64,000 nt of DNA, from contig JAJTYI010000004.1 in assembly GCA_021463645.1 (NCBI GenBank), forward strand, positions 110,277-174,276. The letters run 5' to 3'. The position numbers were made by a program, and so were the translations under genes. Below the pieces are notes generated by a model that searched no databases, had not been told where the DNA came from, and saw nothing but the letters and a program-made list of their open reading frames with translations. Shown in pieces: positions 47,288-57,014 of the stretch; positions within the stretch are counted from its first letter, which is position 1; each line of letters begins with the position of its first letter. This DNA comes from a bacterium (GTDB taxonomy: Bacteria; Patescibacteriota; Dojkabacteria; B142; OLB20).

Positions 47288-47707
47288 ATGCATAAAGCAA
47301 AAGCATGTGTGATTGGTTGCATTGATTTTAGATTTAGAGGTGCAACTGACAATTTCCTTAAATCTGAATCTTGGGCAGACAGTTATGACCTGATAAGTAT
47401 TGCAGGTAGTAGCAGGGATTTCATAAAGCCTATGAAAGAAACACATGGGGATTATGCTTGGTTACAGTTAGGATTATCAATAAAACTGCATGAACCTGAT
47501 TTGGTAGTGTTTGTAGATCATCAAGATTGCGGTGGATATGCACAGGATGGAACAATTCCAGGAGGTTTAGAGCGAGATGAAGACAGAGAGAAACATTCTG
47601 AAATGTTAGAACAATTAAAGGGAAAACTACTAGAAAAATATCCTAATCTTTTATTTCGCTTTTACCATATCGATTTTGATGGTGGGGTGAAAGAGTTGTT
47701 GGTTTGA
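47288..47707 (+). CDS. Small beta-carbonic-anhydrase-like protein (tentative)
   Basis: 139 aa. ACVIGCIDFRF (C-x-D-x-R) and VFVDHQDCGGY (H-x-x-C) mimic the beta-CA zinc ligand motifs. Confidence 0.35.
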   Translation: MHKAKACVIGCIDFRFRGATDNFLKSESWADSYDLISIAGSSRDFIKPMKETHGDYAWLQLGLSIKLHEPDLVVFVDHQDCGGYAQDGTIPGGLERDEDREKHSEMLEQLKGKLLEKYPNLLFRFYHIDFDGGVKELLV

Positions 47708-47740
47708 AATATTAATTACTGTTTATAAATAATTTTAATC

Positions 47741-47926
47741 ATGTTACAAGAAAACCTTGATTCAAATCAATTAGATAGTAGGGGGTGGCAATCTTTCAAC
47801 GAACGAAGCGCGGAAATCCTTGTAAACGAACAAGTGAGAGCGGATTTTTTAGCTAATACTAGAAGTATTAAAGAGATAAAAGATTCTCCCCCTGAAGAGA
47901 GACCGGATATTGATATCACGTGCTAA
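47741..47926 (+). CDS. Small hypothetical ORF, possibly the 5' part of the next gene
   Basis: 61 aa. Overlaps the next ORF by 17 nt in a different frame. Confidence 0.25.
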   Translation: MLQENLDSNQLDSRGWQSFNERSAEILVNEQVRADFLANTRSIKEIKDSPPEERPDIDITC

Positions 47927-48905
47927 TCGTGTTACGGTTGATTTTGGTACTAATGAAGGAGGAATTGAGACTATCCAAATTAACACTCCAGGAGGAGGAA
48001 CAGAATTCTTGGAAGATGAAGACATTGAGCAAATTATTATGAAAAGTAATGGAACCATAAGAATTAGTTCTCATATGTTCTGCGGCTGGGGAGAGTATGT
48101 ATTTAATGGAATATTAAATAATGGAGGGGAAACTGAAGGTAGCGATGAAGAGAAAATAAAAAATAAAGCACTAGGTATAGGCAGAATTATCTCATCAATT
48201 ACACTTGCAGTAGAGGATCCTAACGAAGTATTCTGGGGAAAATATGGAGAGGAGTTAGAAAAATTTGATATCTATAATCCTTCTGAATTTATTAATATTG
48301 CTAGTGACTATCTTGTGGCTAGGTCTATGAATCGAGATGTCGAAAATCCTAGTTATCTTCCTCTTATTCATCAAGCTTTTGTACATGGGAAAACCATAAA
48401 ATTGGCAACCCGTTTTCGAAATATTCATCAAATCATGAAAGCAACTTATGATTTGACCCCACAAAGTGACAGAAAAATTTCCGACACACCTCCACGACTT
48501 AGGAATGTTTTAAATATTTCAACCCATATAGACACTTTAGAAGAAGCACCTCATGTGCATATTGCAGATGCGGCAGTAATAAATATGACAAGTGATCGAG
48601 TTATCACCTCACGTTTTCAGATTGAAAATAAAGACACATTTTTTGCTCGCGTCAAATTTAATAAAGCAAAATCTCTGATTGATTTAATTTTCAAGATAAT
48701 GGAGGGTGATCATTCCGATACACGTGAGAAAATGCATACAACATATGTGTTTTGTGATGTGAAAGACAAGGAAGAGATACAAAAATTATTAGATGAAATT
48801 ACAGGGGAAAATCCGAAACGCAGTTTTGAAGTTATGGCAATGAGTGAGAACGAAATCGGAGCACAAAACGATCCTCTTCCCCCAACTCCAAGTGCACAAG
48901 AATAA
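47910..48905 (+). CDS. Hypothetical protein (start uncertain)
   Basis: 331-aa ORF opened by TTG. Its frame is open from 47880 and the first ATG is near 48040. No motif recognised. Confidence 0.5.
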   Translation: MISRANRVTVDFGTNEGGIETIQINTPGGGTEFLEDEDIEQIIMKSNGTIRISSHMFCGWGEYVFNGILNNGGETEGSDEEKIKNKALGIGRIISSITLAVEDPNEVFWGKYGEELEKFDIYNPSEFINIASDYLVARSMNRDVENPSYLPLIHQAFVHGKTIKLATRFRNIHQIMKATYDLTPQSDRKISDTPPRLRNVLNISTHIDTLEEAPHVHIADAAVINMTSDRVITSRFQIENKDTFFARVKFNKAKSLIDLIFKIMEGDHSDTREKMHTTYVFCDVKDKEEIQKLLDEITGENPKRSFEVMAMSENEIGAQNDPLPPTPSAQE

Positions 48906-48944
48906 TTTGTTTCCTATACTGGTTTGTTCTAAAATTGAGACAAC

Positions 48945-50534
48945 ATGTCACAAACTTTCCGAGAAATTAAACTAAATCGCAATAAAGCTAGATTAAAGAA
49001 AAAAAGACTAATATTAGTAACTCTTTTTCTTATAATTCTCATTTTTCCCGTTCTCTATCTTGTAAATAAACAATATACAATTTTTTCGGGGATAAATGAT
49101 CTTGAATTATACATTGTCAGGCCTCAACCGACAGAAATTCCTATAAAAACCGTCAAGCATTTCTTTGCACCTGTTGTAAAATTCACAGACTCTCGCTCAA
49201 ATATCGATTTGGATGATTTAAAATCTTCTCAATTAGTAACAATTTCTGAAAATGTAGATATTTTCTTAGATGGTTACCAAGCGGATGTAGTAGGAGTTGA
49301 GACACTTCCGGCAGAATTGGATTCAGGAAAGATTGCTATACTCCAAATTGATCAAATCACCCCAAATTTCAAGTCACTATCAGTTGATGGTTATAATCTT
49401 TGGGATAAAAATATTGATATAGATAAATATCCACTGACTTTCACCGAAAAAATACCTGGTGAAACTGGTTCTGAGATAAATTTCTCTAAAGAAAACATAT
49501 CTACGATATTCGCTGGTGGGGAGATTATCCCAGCTAGGGCAGTAGATCGTCTAGGATTGAATATTCACAATGACTATACATATTTGTACGACTTTGTCCG
49601 ACAAGAAATCGAAAATGCAGACCTTGCTATCGCTCAACTGGAAAATCCACTTATGGGAGATCCCACTCCATGCACTGGATGCACTGTTTTCGTTGGAGAT
49701 GAGAAAAATGCTCAGGGTTTTGCTAAAGTTGGTTTTGATATTCTCGCTTTTAGTGGAAATCATGCAGGCGATGGTGGTCAAATAGCATATGAACCCACAA
49801 TAAAAGCATTAACTGATGCAGGTATTAAATATACAGGTGTTGGTAAAGGAGTGGACGAGCAGATGAAACCGGCTCTCTTCGATATATATGGCAAGGTAAT
49901 TGGTATGATTAGCGCTGACGACGTTTCATATTTTTATTGGTCTAGTGATAAATCTGTATATGGTGTAAATACATTTTCTACAGCATCAAATGGGGTTTTA
50001 AACATCAATATGGAGAAAGTCGAGATGATAAAAACGATAAAAGAAGAAAATAACATCGATTACTTAATAATTTATGAAAGTTGGGGTATCGAATACACCA
50101 ACAATGCAAATTCACACCAAGTCGATCTGGCACATGCTCTTATCGACAACGGAGCCGATTTAGTTGTTGCAAGCCATCCTCATTGGGTGCAAAATATTGA
50201 GTTTTACAAGGGTAAGCCTATATTCTATGCATTGGGTAATTTTGTCTTTGATCAAACACATACGTTACCAACCAGGCAGTCTGTAGTAGCTAATCTTAAT
50301 TACTACAATGGACAGCTTGGAAATATTGAAATAATCCCTCTTCAAACATGTGGTTATCATCAGACGAAAAATGATTTAACAAAAGAATATTTGGATGGAA
50401 ATATATCTCTTGAGCAGCTTCAAAACAAACCAGAAAGCGAAGGATGTGTCTGGTGGCAACCTAGAAAAGTTCCAGAAGACACAGAAGAGTATACACAAAT
50501 TTTGGATAGGCTATTTGAATTCTCCACTTTCTGA
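48945..50534 (+). CDS. CapA-family (poly-gamma-glutamate capsule synthesis / metallophosphoesterase-like) membrane-anchored protein
   Basis: 529 aa. N-terminal TM helix. FSGNHAGDGG, ...ADLVVASHPHWVQNIE and ...FYALGNFVFDQ match the CapA/PGA_cap pattern. Confidence 0.6.
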   Translation: MSQTFREIKLNRNKARLKKKRLILVTLFLIILIFPVLYLVNKQYTIFSGINDLELYIVRPQPTEIPIKTVKHFFAPVVKFTDSRSNIDLDDLKSSQLVTISENVDIFLDGYQADVVGVETLPAELDSGKIAILQIDQITPNFKSLSVDGYNLWDKNIDIDKYPLTFTEKIPGETGSEINFSKENISTIFAGGEIIPARAVDRLGLNIHNDYTYLYDFVRQEIENADLAIAQLENPLMGDPTPCTGCTVFVGDEKNAQGFAKVGFDILAFSGNHAGDGGQIAYEPTIKALTDAGIKYTGVGKGVDEQMKPALFDIYGKVIGMISADDVSYFYWSSDKSVYGVNTFSTASNGVLNINMEKVEMIKTIKEENNIDYLIIYESWGIEYTNNANSHQVDLAHALIDNGADLVVASHPHWVQNIEFYKGKPIFYALGNFVFDQTHTLPTRQSVVANLNYYNGQLGNIEIIPLQTCGYHQTKNDLTKEYLDGNISLEQLQNKPESEGCVWWQPRKVPEDTEEYTQILDRLFEFSTF

Positions 50535-50592
50535 AAGTAATATTTTCCCACTTTGAGTTTTTATATAGTTGTGATATTATCCGGGTATAGAT

Positions 50593-51882
50593 ATGTATCA
50601 GATGATAGTAGAATCATTAAATTCACCGGAGCCTTTGCAAATCAATTCTGGGCTTGCTCATTTAAGGGATGCTCTATTAGGGGTATTTTCATTAAGAATG
50701 CAAGGAGGAACTATTGAATATATTCACCAAGATCCATCCAAAAGAACCTTTGGGAAATTTCGACAAGAAATAGGGCTTAGAGTTATTAGGACCTTATCGG
50801 ATGTTCAATCAACGCGAAATAATTTACGTGGAAATGGACTTGGTCTTACAGTAAATACTTGTGTTACTGGTGCAGTAATATTACCCGGAGTGCATGGTTT
50901 GTTAGAGTCTTTAAATACTTCTATACCAGCAATTATTGAGCAAGAAGGTGATCCATGCCAGTATGCTATTCAAAATCATATGGCTAATGTCTGTCACAAT
51001 GGAGCAGAAGCAACTTTACCTGAAGCGTGTGGTTACCATGTAACAGTTGGACCTACTAAGATAGAAGGAAGACCAGCTGTGGCAGTAGTTACAAATGGCG
51101 TTCCAGTTTCTACTGAATGTAGTCAAGTACAACCACCAGTTCTCAATACTCCTACACAAGCTTCTGAATCTGGAACTCAGCCAAATCCCGATGCCAATAC
51201 GGGTGATTGGAATAATTATTGTACTACGGAAGGACCATATCGACTTGCAGAGAAACCTTACTTCGTTAAAGTAGATGTGCCTTCCTTGACCGAGCAAGGA
51301 CCTGGATTTCAAATACCTGAAGGATTTTACCCTGTAAGAAATGGAGAAGGAATTGATCCAAACTTTGAAACAGAAGAGCAAATATTAGAAAGAGAAAGAA
51401 TCATGTTAGAAGATTTAAACACAGCTCTGGTTAGAAGTATGAATGCTCCAATTTTTCAAATTACCAAAGATGGATTGAGGAGGCTCACTGGAACTGATTT
51501 TCCACTAAATTTCCGAGCTGGTCATACTTTATTAGTTAACACAGAAGTATTATCAGATATTGTTACTTTTCTGGAGTGTGAGAACTCGGATATAGTATAT
51601 CTTATTAGAAATGAATCATATCTTCCTAAAGCTCCTGAGACTCCACGTCCTTCGCTTAGGTCTACTGGTAGGAATATTTGGGAGGGGATCACCTCGTTCT
51701 TTGAATTCTTAAGGAATATACCTTGGGGTCAAACAGTTGATGAAGTAGAAGAAGTTGAATTAGGTGAACCATCACAAGACAGTCTTTATGTCTTTTTCCA
51801 AGAGCGCATTAATAGTGCACCAAATCATAAAGCTAAGGATGTCTGGGAAAAACGTGCTAAAAAATATGGTGTAAATATCTAA
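50593..51882 (+). CDS. Hypothetical protein
   Basis: 429-aa ORF with no motif recognised. Confidence 0.5.
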   Translation: MYQMIVESLNSPEPLQINSGLAHLRDALLGVFSLRMQGGTIEYIHQDPSKRTFGKFRQEIGLRVIRTLSDVQSTRNNLRGNGLGLTVNTCVTGAVILPGVHGLLESLNTSIPAIIEQEGDPCQYAIQNHMANVCHNGAEATLPEACGYHVTVGPTKIEGRPAVAVVTNGVPVSTECSQVQPPVLNTPTQASESGTQPNPDANTGDWNNYCTTEGPYRLAEKPYFVKVDVPSLTEQGPGFQIPEGFYPVRNGEGIDPNFETEEQILERERIMLEDLNTALVRSMNAPIFQITKDGLRRLTGTDFPLNFRAGHTLLVNTEVLSDIVTFLECENSDIVYLIRNESYLPKAPETPRPSLRSTGRNIWEGITSFFEFLRNIPWGQTVDEVEEVELGEPSQDSLYVFFQERINSAPNHKAKDVWEKRAKKYGVNI

Positions 51883-51935
51883 CTCCCCATAAGTCAATAT
51901 TATGTCTTTGGATTTCCCTACTACTCAAAACAATA

Positions 51936-51944
51936 TGATATAAT
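51936..51944 (+). promoter_or_regulatory. Extended -10 promoter element TGATATAAT
   Basis: Ends 9 nt before the ATG at 51954, which implies a near-leaderless transcript. Confidence 0.4.
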
Positions 51945-51953
51945 GGGTATATA

Positions 51954-53147
51954 ATGAATTCTGAATTACTGAAACAAACCGTTAACAGATTTGTATTTCT
52001 AACTACCTTGTTAGCCTTTTTGGCTGGCTGTATGCCGACGCAATCAAAAGTAGGAGAGAATGGAGTAGTAGGTCATTACAATGAAACCGGAGGTGATTTT
52101 GAAACTTCACCAAGCTCACCTAAGATTCATTATAGAAATATGGATGGAGTACAATTCGATGTGAATACATTGGGTGCATTTATAGATTCATATTCTACAA
52201 TCAATGGATGTGAAACGATAACTGTAGAGAATCCAGTTTACCTAGCAGGTGATTTTGATGGTGGTAGAACACAATACTCCGATACACTTGCTTATGTAGC
52301 TGGTGATGGGAAGGTTATTTATTTAGCAAAAGGTAAGCCGATGAATTTAAGAGATGTAGTTCACGAATTTCATCATGCATATTGTCAAACACTTTCCCTT
52401 GACCAAATGATGAGCGATTGGGTGCCGGGTCAGAAGAATTTCAAGATAACAGATCAGAATGTAGCCTCGATAGATACCGATGTGAAAGTAATAGATCAAC
52501 GAGGATTTTATCTTCACATTCAGGTGGGTTCTGATGAACAGGTGCTTACTGCAATGGAAGAAATGGCAGCGTCTATGTTTATGCTTGAAGAACTTAATAT
52601 TGCTGAAACAGGTTGGGGGGTTTATCCAGGTAAATATCAGGATTTATTTCAATTAACACACGACTATCTGGTTTACTATGGTGCATCATCTGTCACTAAA
52701 GAAGAGATGTACGAAACATTAAGGGTAGGATTTAATGAAGGAAGAGGGAAGAGTGAAGGATATACTATAGTTTTTAACCATTTAGAAAATTTGGTCAGAT
52801 CTAAAGGTGTAGAAGTAAGAGAAGATTTTAAATCGGGAATAATTCAATACTACTACAGTTGGGAAAAAATGTCTGATCAGTACTCTCAAAGTGATGGGGG
52901 AAACGAAATTATTGCTTCAACGTTGAAAAATAAATGGACAAGAGATTTATTATTTGATTTGGTAGATGAAGCTTTAGAGGGAAATAAGATAGCTTGGACT
53001 GATTTAAATAAGCTTACTTCAACAACTACTAAAGCATCGCGAAATAAAGCCGCACGCGAAATATTACGAAAACGCTACAGTGCTAAAAGTCCACAAATAA
53101 TAGAGGAACAAGTTGAAGAAAATCCCGCATATTGGTCAACACTTTGA
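51954..53147 (+). CDS. Lipoprotein with HExxH motif (putative secreted zinc metalloprotease)
   Basis: 397 aa. Lipobox LAFLAGCMP. VVHEFHHAYC contains HEFHH (HExxH). Confidence 0.45.
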   Translation: MNSELLKQTVNRFVFLTTLLAFLAGCMPTQSKVGENGVVGHYNETGGDFETSPSSPKIHYRNMDGVQFDVNTLGAFIDSYSTINGCETITVENPVYLAGDFDGGRTQYSDTLAYVAGDGKVIYLAKGKPMNLRDVVHEFHHAYCQTLSLDQMMSDWVPGQKNFKITDQNVASIDTDVKVIDQRGFYLHIQVGSDEQVLTAMEEMAASMFMLEELNIAETGWGVYPGKYQDLFQLTHDYLVYYGASSVTKEEMYETLRVGFNEGRGKSEGYTIVFNHLENLVRSKGVEVREDFKSGIIQYYYSWEKMSDQYSQSDGGNEIIASTLKNKWTRDLLFDLVDEALEGNKIAWTDLNKLTSTTTKASRNKAAREILRKRYSAKSPQIIEEQVEENPAYWSTL

Positions 53148-53212
53148 CAATATATTAGAACTAAAAATATTATTATAACTCTTAAAGATACCAATTTTTT
53201 GTAATTTTAAAA

Positions 53213-54103
53213 ATGAATCCAGATTTTATAAATTATATTTCTCGGGGTAATATTAATCTTTTAAATCAGGATTCTAGAATTAGACCAGATATTATTGAGA
53301 ATCTTTCGATATTGACTGCTATTAGAAGTCGTACTTATCGGATGCCATTCGATTTACTTGAGTTTTATGTTGCAGGAGCAGGAAGGCAAAACTACATAGA
53401 AATTCAAAAATTAGATAAAAATTTTTCATTAAGTATTGACCAAGCAGGTTATGAAGCTATTCCAGCAGGGGATTGTGTCAAACAAGTATTTAATTTTTGG
53501 CATCATTTGGAGTTTAATGAACCTTCTACGGTAGAAGAGCTCAGAGGACTTGGTTATAAGTTTGTAATCGATAAAAATGCATCATGTAAGTATTTTTTTC
53601 ATAACGGAAATCATTGTGTTTTATTTCTTTCTAATGAAGATACAAATGAAGAAATTGTAATAGATCCATCATTAGGTGTAATTACAAGATTAGACAATAT
53701 GCCTAAACCGTTATATATCAAATCTAGTGAAAGGCTAGAAATAAATCTTGATTTTAGTATTCCTAAATTTCCGAATACCTATACCATGCCTATTGTTCAA
53801 TATTTTAGGAAAGGTTACGAACTTCAGGATGCATTAGTATTAGGTCTATCGCAAGAATTACCCATATATTATTCTTTCCAAATTGCAAGTTTAGATGGGA
53901 GGAAATTTAAAAGTGTATTAGTTGCAATAAAAAGTGGTGGTCAGAAAGCATCAATCGGTTTTTATGAAAAAGGAGAAAAATTTATAAATGATTATGGCTT
54001 GATAGAAAATATGAGTGATGGGGAAAGAGCATTGTTTTTCCAAGATATAGCTCGATTTGGATTAATATTGGGAAATAAACGCATTAAAATCAGAGAATCA
54101 TGA
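53213..54103 (+). CDS. Hypothetical protein
   Basis: 296-aa ORF with no motif recognised. Confidence 0.5.
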   Translation: MNPDFINYISRGNINLLNQDSRIRPDIIENLSILTAIRSRTYRMPFDLLEFYVAGAGRQNYIEIQKLDKNFSLSIDQAGYEAIPAGDCVKQVFNFWHHLEFNEPSTVEELRGLGYKFVIDKNASCKYFFHNGNHCVLFLSNEDTNEEIVIDPSLGVITRLDNMPKPLYIKSSERLEINLDFSIPKFPNTYTMPIVQYFRKGYELQDALVLGLSQELPIYYSFQIASLDGRKFKSVLVAIKSGGQKASIGFYEKGEKFINDYGLIENMSDGERALFFQDIARFGLILGNKRIKIRES

Positions 54104-54118
54104 GTTAATTATTTCATT

Positions 54119-54147
54119 TTGACAAAATGCGACAGAGTTGCAATAAT
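54119..54147 (+). promoter_or_regulatory. Sigma70-type promoter TTGACA-N17-AATAAT upstream of the metal transporter operon
   Basis: -35 at 54119-54124 and -10 at 54142-54147. Confidence 0.45.
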
Positions 54148-54170
54148 TGTGTGGTAATTTAATAATTTCT

Positions 54171-55049
54171 ATGAAAAAGCTGATTCCAGTAATATTACTA
54201 TTAATGATTGTCTTAACTGCAGTTGTTCTTTTTACTGAAAGTGATAAAAATAATGATGAATTAACTATTGTTACGACTTTCTATCCACCTGCAGAATTTG
54301 CTTCCCAGATTACCAAAGAGAAATTTAATGTTATTAATATCACTTCGGGTGGTGTTGAACCACATGACTTCGAACCTAGTCCTCAAGATATTGTCAAAAT
54401 CCGAAATGCTGATTTGTTCATCATAAACGGAAATGATTTAGATCATTGGGCAGAAGAACTTGTTGAGGAGAATAAAGAGATAAATTCAATCAATTTGAGT
54501 GAATACATTACGTCTGAACGTGGTAACGATCCACATTTCTGGCTCGATCCAGTTCATGCAATTGATCTGGTAAAAGCTATTTCTGAGAGAATCATTGAAA
54601 TTGATAAAGAAAACGAAAAATTATATATAGAAAACACTGATAAATATATTGATGTGTTAAATAAGCTTAATCAGGAATTCCGAGTTGGACTTGCAAATTG
54701 TTCACAACGAAAGATTGTAGTATCACACGATGCTTTTGAGTATTTAGGTGATAGATACGACATTGAAATTATAAATATTTCAGGAGTTACTCCTGAGGAA
54801 GAACCGTCAGCAATGAAGTTGGCAGAAATTAGTGATAAAGTTAAGGAATATAATATTAAATACATCTTTTACGAGACCTTGGTAAGTCCTAATCTGGCAA
54901 ATACAATTGCTCAGGAGGCTGGAGCAGAGACACTTGTTTTAGACCCAATCGAAGGTCTGTCAAATGAGGATGTAAAAGCAGGTGAAAATTATTTATCAAT
55001 AATGAGGAATAATTTGAATAATTTGAAATTAGCCATGAATTGCGAATGA
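54171..55049 (+). CDS. znuA: Metal (Zn/Mn) ABC transporter substrate-binding protein, ZnuA/TroA family
   Basis: The first ATG of the track ORF is at 54171 (MKKLIPVILLLMIV signal anchor). DPHFWLDP and the overall cluster-9 SBP pattern. Confidence 0.75.
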   Translation: MKKLIPVILLLMIVLTAVVLFTESDKNNDELTIVTTFYPPAEFASQITKEKFNVINITSGGVEPHDFEPSPQDIVKIRNADLFIINGNDLDHWAEELVEENKEINSINLSEYITSERGNDPHFWLDPVHAIDLVKAISERIIEIDKENEKLYIENTDKYIDVLNKLNQEFRVGLANCSQRKIVVSHDAFEYLGDRYDIEIINISGVTPEEEPSAMKLAEISDKVKEYNIKYIFYETLVSPNLANTIAQEAGAETLVLDPIEGLSNEDVKAGENYLSIMRNNLNNLKLAMNCE

Positions 55050-55795
55050 AGAACGATGTGATTATCAGTATCAAGAACTTATCATTTTCATATAACTCAA
55101 ATAAAGTTCTAGACGACATAAATATTGATATTGAACGAGGAGCATACCTCGGCTTAATAGGTCCAAACGGAGGCGGTAAATCCACATTGTTGAAAATTAT
55201 TCTTGGTTTGTTGAAGCCGGATTCTGGCCGAGTTGAATTTGCTGGTGGAGTAAATCCAAGATGTTCTGATGATTGTCGGATTGGTTACGTACCACAAAGG
55301 ATAAGCCAAGATTATCAAGATTTACCAGCAACTGTCTTTGATATAGTGGAGAGTGGCTTGGTGGCAAAGGAAGAAATTTTCAAATTACAAAAAAATCGAA
55401 ACGAAGTCATAAATGATGCCATAAAATTAGCAGGGCTGAAGGGTTTGGAAAACAAACTGATTGGGGAATTATCAGGCGGGCAGAGACAAAAAGCATTTGT
55501 TGCGAGAGCGTTGGCATCACATCCACAAATATTAATCTTAGATGAACCTTTTGTTGGTGTTGATTTATCCTCACAGGATGAGTTTTATAAGTTTTTGCGA
55601 AAATTGAACATCGAAAAAGGATTAACCATCATCTTCGTGTCTCATGACATTGATATTATTTCTGCACAAGCGAAGCAAATCATCGCATTGAACAGAAAAA
55701 TCGTTTATACCGGTAAAGCAGAAAAAATGAACGAAAAAGAACTAGTTGATAATATTTACGGTCAAAAATTTACACATATCCATCATGATCGCTGA
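55040..55795 (+). CDS. znuC: Metal ABC transporter ATP-binding protein
   Basis: 251 aa. Walker A GPNGGGKST, signature LSGGQRQ and Walker B ILILDEP. Confidence 0.85.
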   Translation: MRMKNDVIISIKNLSFSYNSNKVLDDINIDIERGAYLGLIGPNGGGKSTLLKIILGLLKPDSGRVEFAGGVNPRCSDDCRIGYVPQRISQDYQDLPATVFDIVESGLVAKEEIFKLQKNRNEVINDAIKLAGLKGLENKLIGELSGGQRQKAFVARALASHPQILILDEPFVGVDLSSQDEFYKFLRKLNIEKGLTIIFVSHDIDIISAQAKQIIALNRKIVYTGKAEKMNEKELVDNIYGQKFTHIHHDR

Positions 55796-56600
55796 TATCT
55801 TCGAAATCCTACAATACGATTTCATGGTAAGAGCTTTTTTAGCAGGCGTTATTGTCAGTTTAATCGCTCCATTGATGGGATTCTTTTTGGTGATAAGGAA
55901 ATTCTCTTTGATGGTTGATACACTTGCTCATATATCACTTGTTGGTGTGGCTGGTAGTTTATTATTCCAATTCAATCCTTTGTTCGGAGCCATGTTAGTG
56001 TCGGTCGGAGCTGGGATTGCGATGGATAGATTACGAAGTCTGAAAAATATTTTCTCGGATACTGTTATGGCGATTTTTATGTCTGGTGGACTTGCGTTAA
56101 CTTTGATACTTTTCAGTCTGGGTAATGGAATTGGAGTGAATATGCTCAATTATTTGTTCGGGAGCATTACGACAATCACACAAAGTGAAATCCTTTTGTT
56201 TGTGATACTTGGAATTATAGTTTTAATCACAGTATTTCTTCTTCGTAAAAAACTTTTCTTGATTTCTTATGATGAAGATTTAGCAGTAATTAACGGAATG
56301 AACACAAAATTGTATAACGCCCTATTTATGTTACTAGTCGGAGTGACGATTTCGCTCGCAATAAAAGCAATTGGTGCTTTGTTGATGGGGGCTCTTATGA
56401 TAATTCCAGTTGCAAGCGCAATGCAATTAGGCTACGGGATGAATAAAACGCTTCTATATTCGATTATTTTCTCTCTAACAAGTGTGATAGCGGGAATCAC
56501 TTTCTCTTTCTATCTGGATCTTCCAAGTAGTGCGGTGATAGTAATCTTACTATTAATTACATTTCTTGCCTCGGCATTTATACATAGAAATCATGGTTGA
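55785..56600 (+). CDS. znuB: Metal ABC transporter permease (ABC-3 family)
   Basis: ATG at 55785 (MIADIFEILQYDFMVRAFLAG...), an 11-nt overlap with znuC. About 8 TM helices. Confidence 0.8.
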   Translation: MIADIFEILQYDFMVRAFLAGVIVSLIAPLMGFFLVIRKFSLMVDTLAHISLVGVAGSLLFQFNPLFGAMLVSVGAGIAMDRLRSLKNIFSDTVMAIFMSGGLALTLILFSLGNGIGVNMLNYLFGSITTITQSEILLFVILGIIVLITVFLLRKKLFLISYDEDLAVINGMNTKLYNALFMLLVGVTISLAIKAIGALLMGALMIIPVASAMQLGYGMNKTLLYSIIFSLTSVIAGITFSFYLDLPSSAVIVILLLITFLASAFIHRNHG

Positions 56601-56991
56601 GACTGGCGAAAACATTTTATCTGATAAATTCGAAAGATTCGAATTGGGTATAGGAGTTTACACTGTAGATTTTTGTAATATGACGGCGAGTATGCGATAT
56701 GCCTTTGGACCTATGAAGAGCTATTCCAAACAGGTCGGATTCATAGGACTACTACCTGATAATATCCTCATCGGTTCGAATTTGGCACTTAGACCTTTCA
56801 GGTCAAGTGATAGTTTGTATGCGTTTGAATTAAATAGAGGGTTGGCTGTGAATCGTCTATTGTCGTCACCCACAAAGAGATTTGTTGATATAATGCATAT
56901 TATTATGAGGAATGAGAGTCCCATATTTAAATGTGGCGACTTGGATGAATTAGGAACGTTTATGGTTAATTTATTAATGCAAAAAGCTTAA
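56593..56991 (+). CDS. Hypothetical protein, paralog 1 of a tandem pair
   Basis: The ATG at 56593 overlaps the znuB stop (ATGGTTGA). 132 aa. Similar to the next ORF (GFIGLLPDNILIGS / GYIALSPQTLLIGS; LYAFELNR / LYVFELER; FKCGDLDEL / YECTNLPDL). Confidence 0.5.
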   Translation: MVETGENILSDKFERFELGIGVYTVDFCNMTASMRYAFGPMKSYSKQVGFIGLLPDNILIGSNLALRPFRSSDSLYAFELNRGLAVNRLLSSPTKRFVDIMHIIMRNESPIFKCGDLDELGTFMVNLLMQKA

Positions 56992-57014
56992 ATGCCTGAA
57001 AACCCCGTACTTTT

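Noticed and set aside
51016-51381. 121-aa minus-strand ORF inside 50593-51882
   Set aside because: Nested antisense ORF with a W/R/S/F-rich translation. The + strand ORF is 3.5 times longer.
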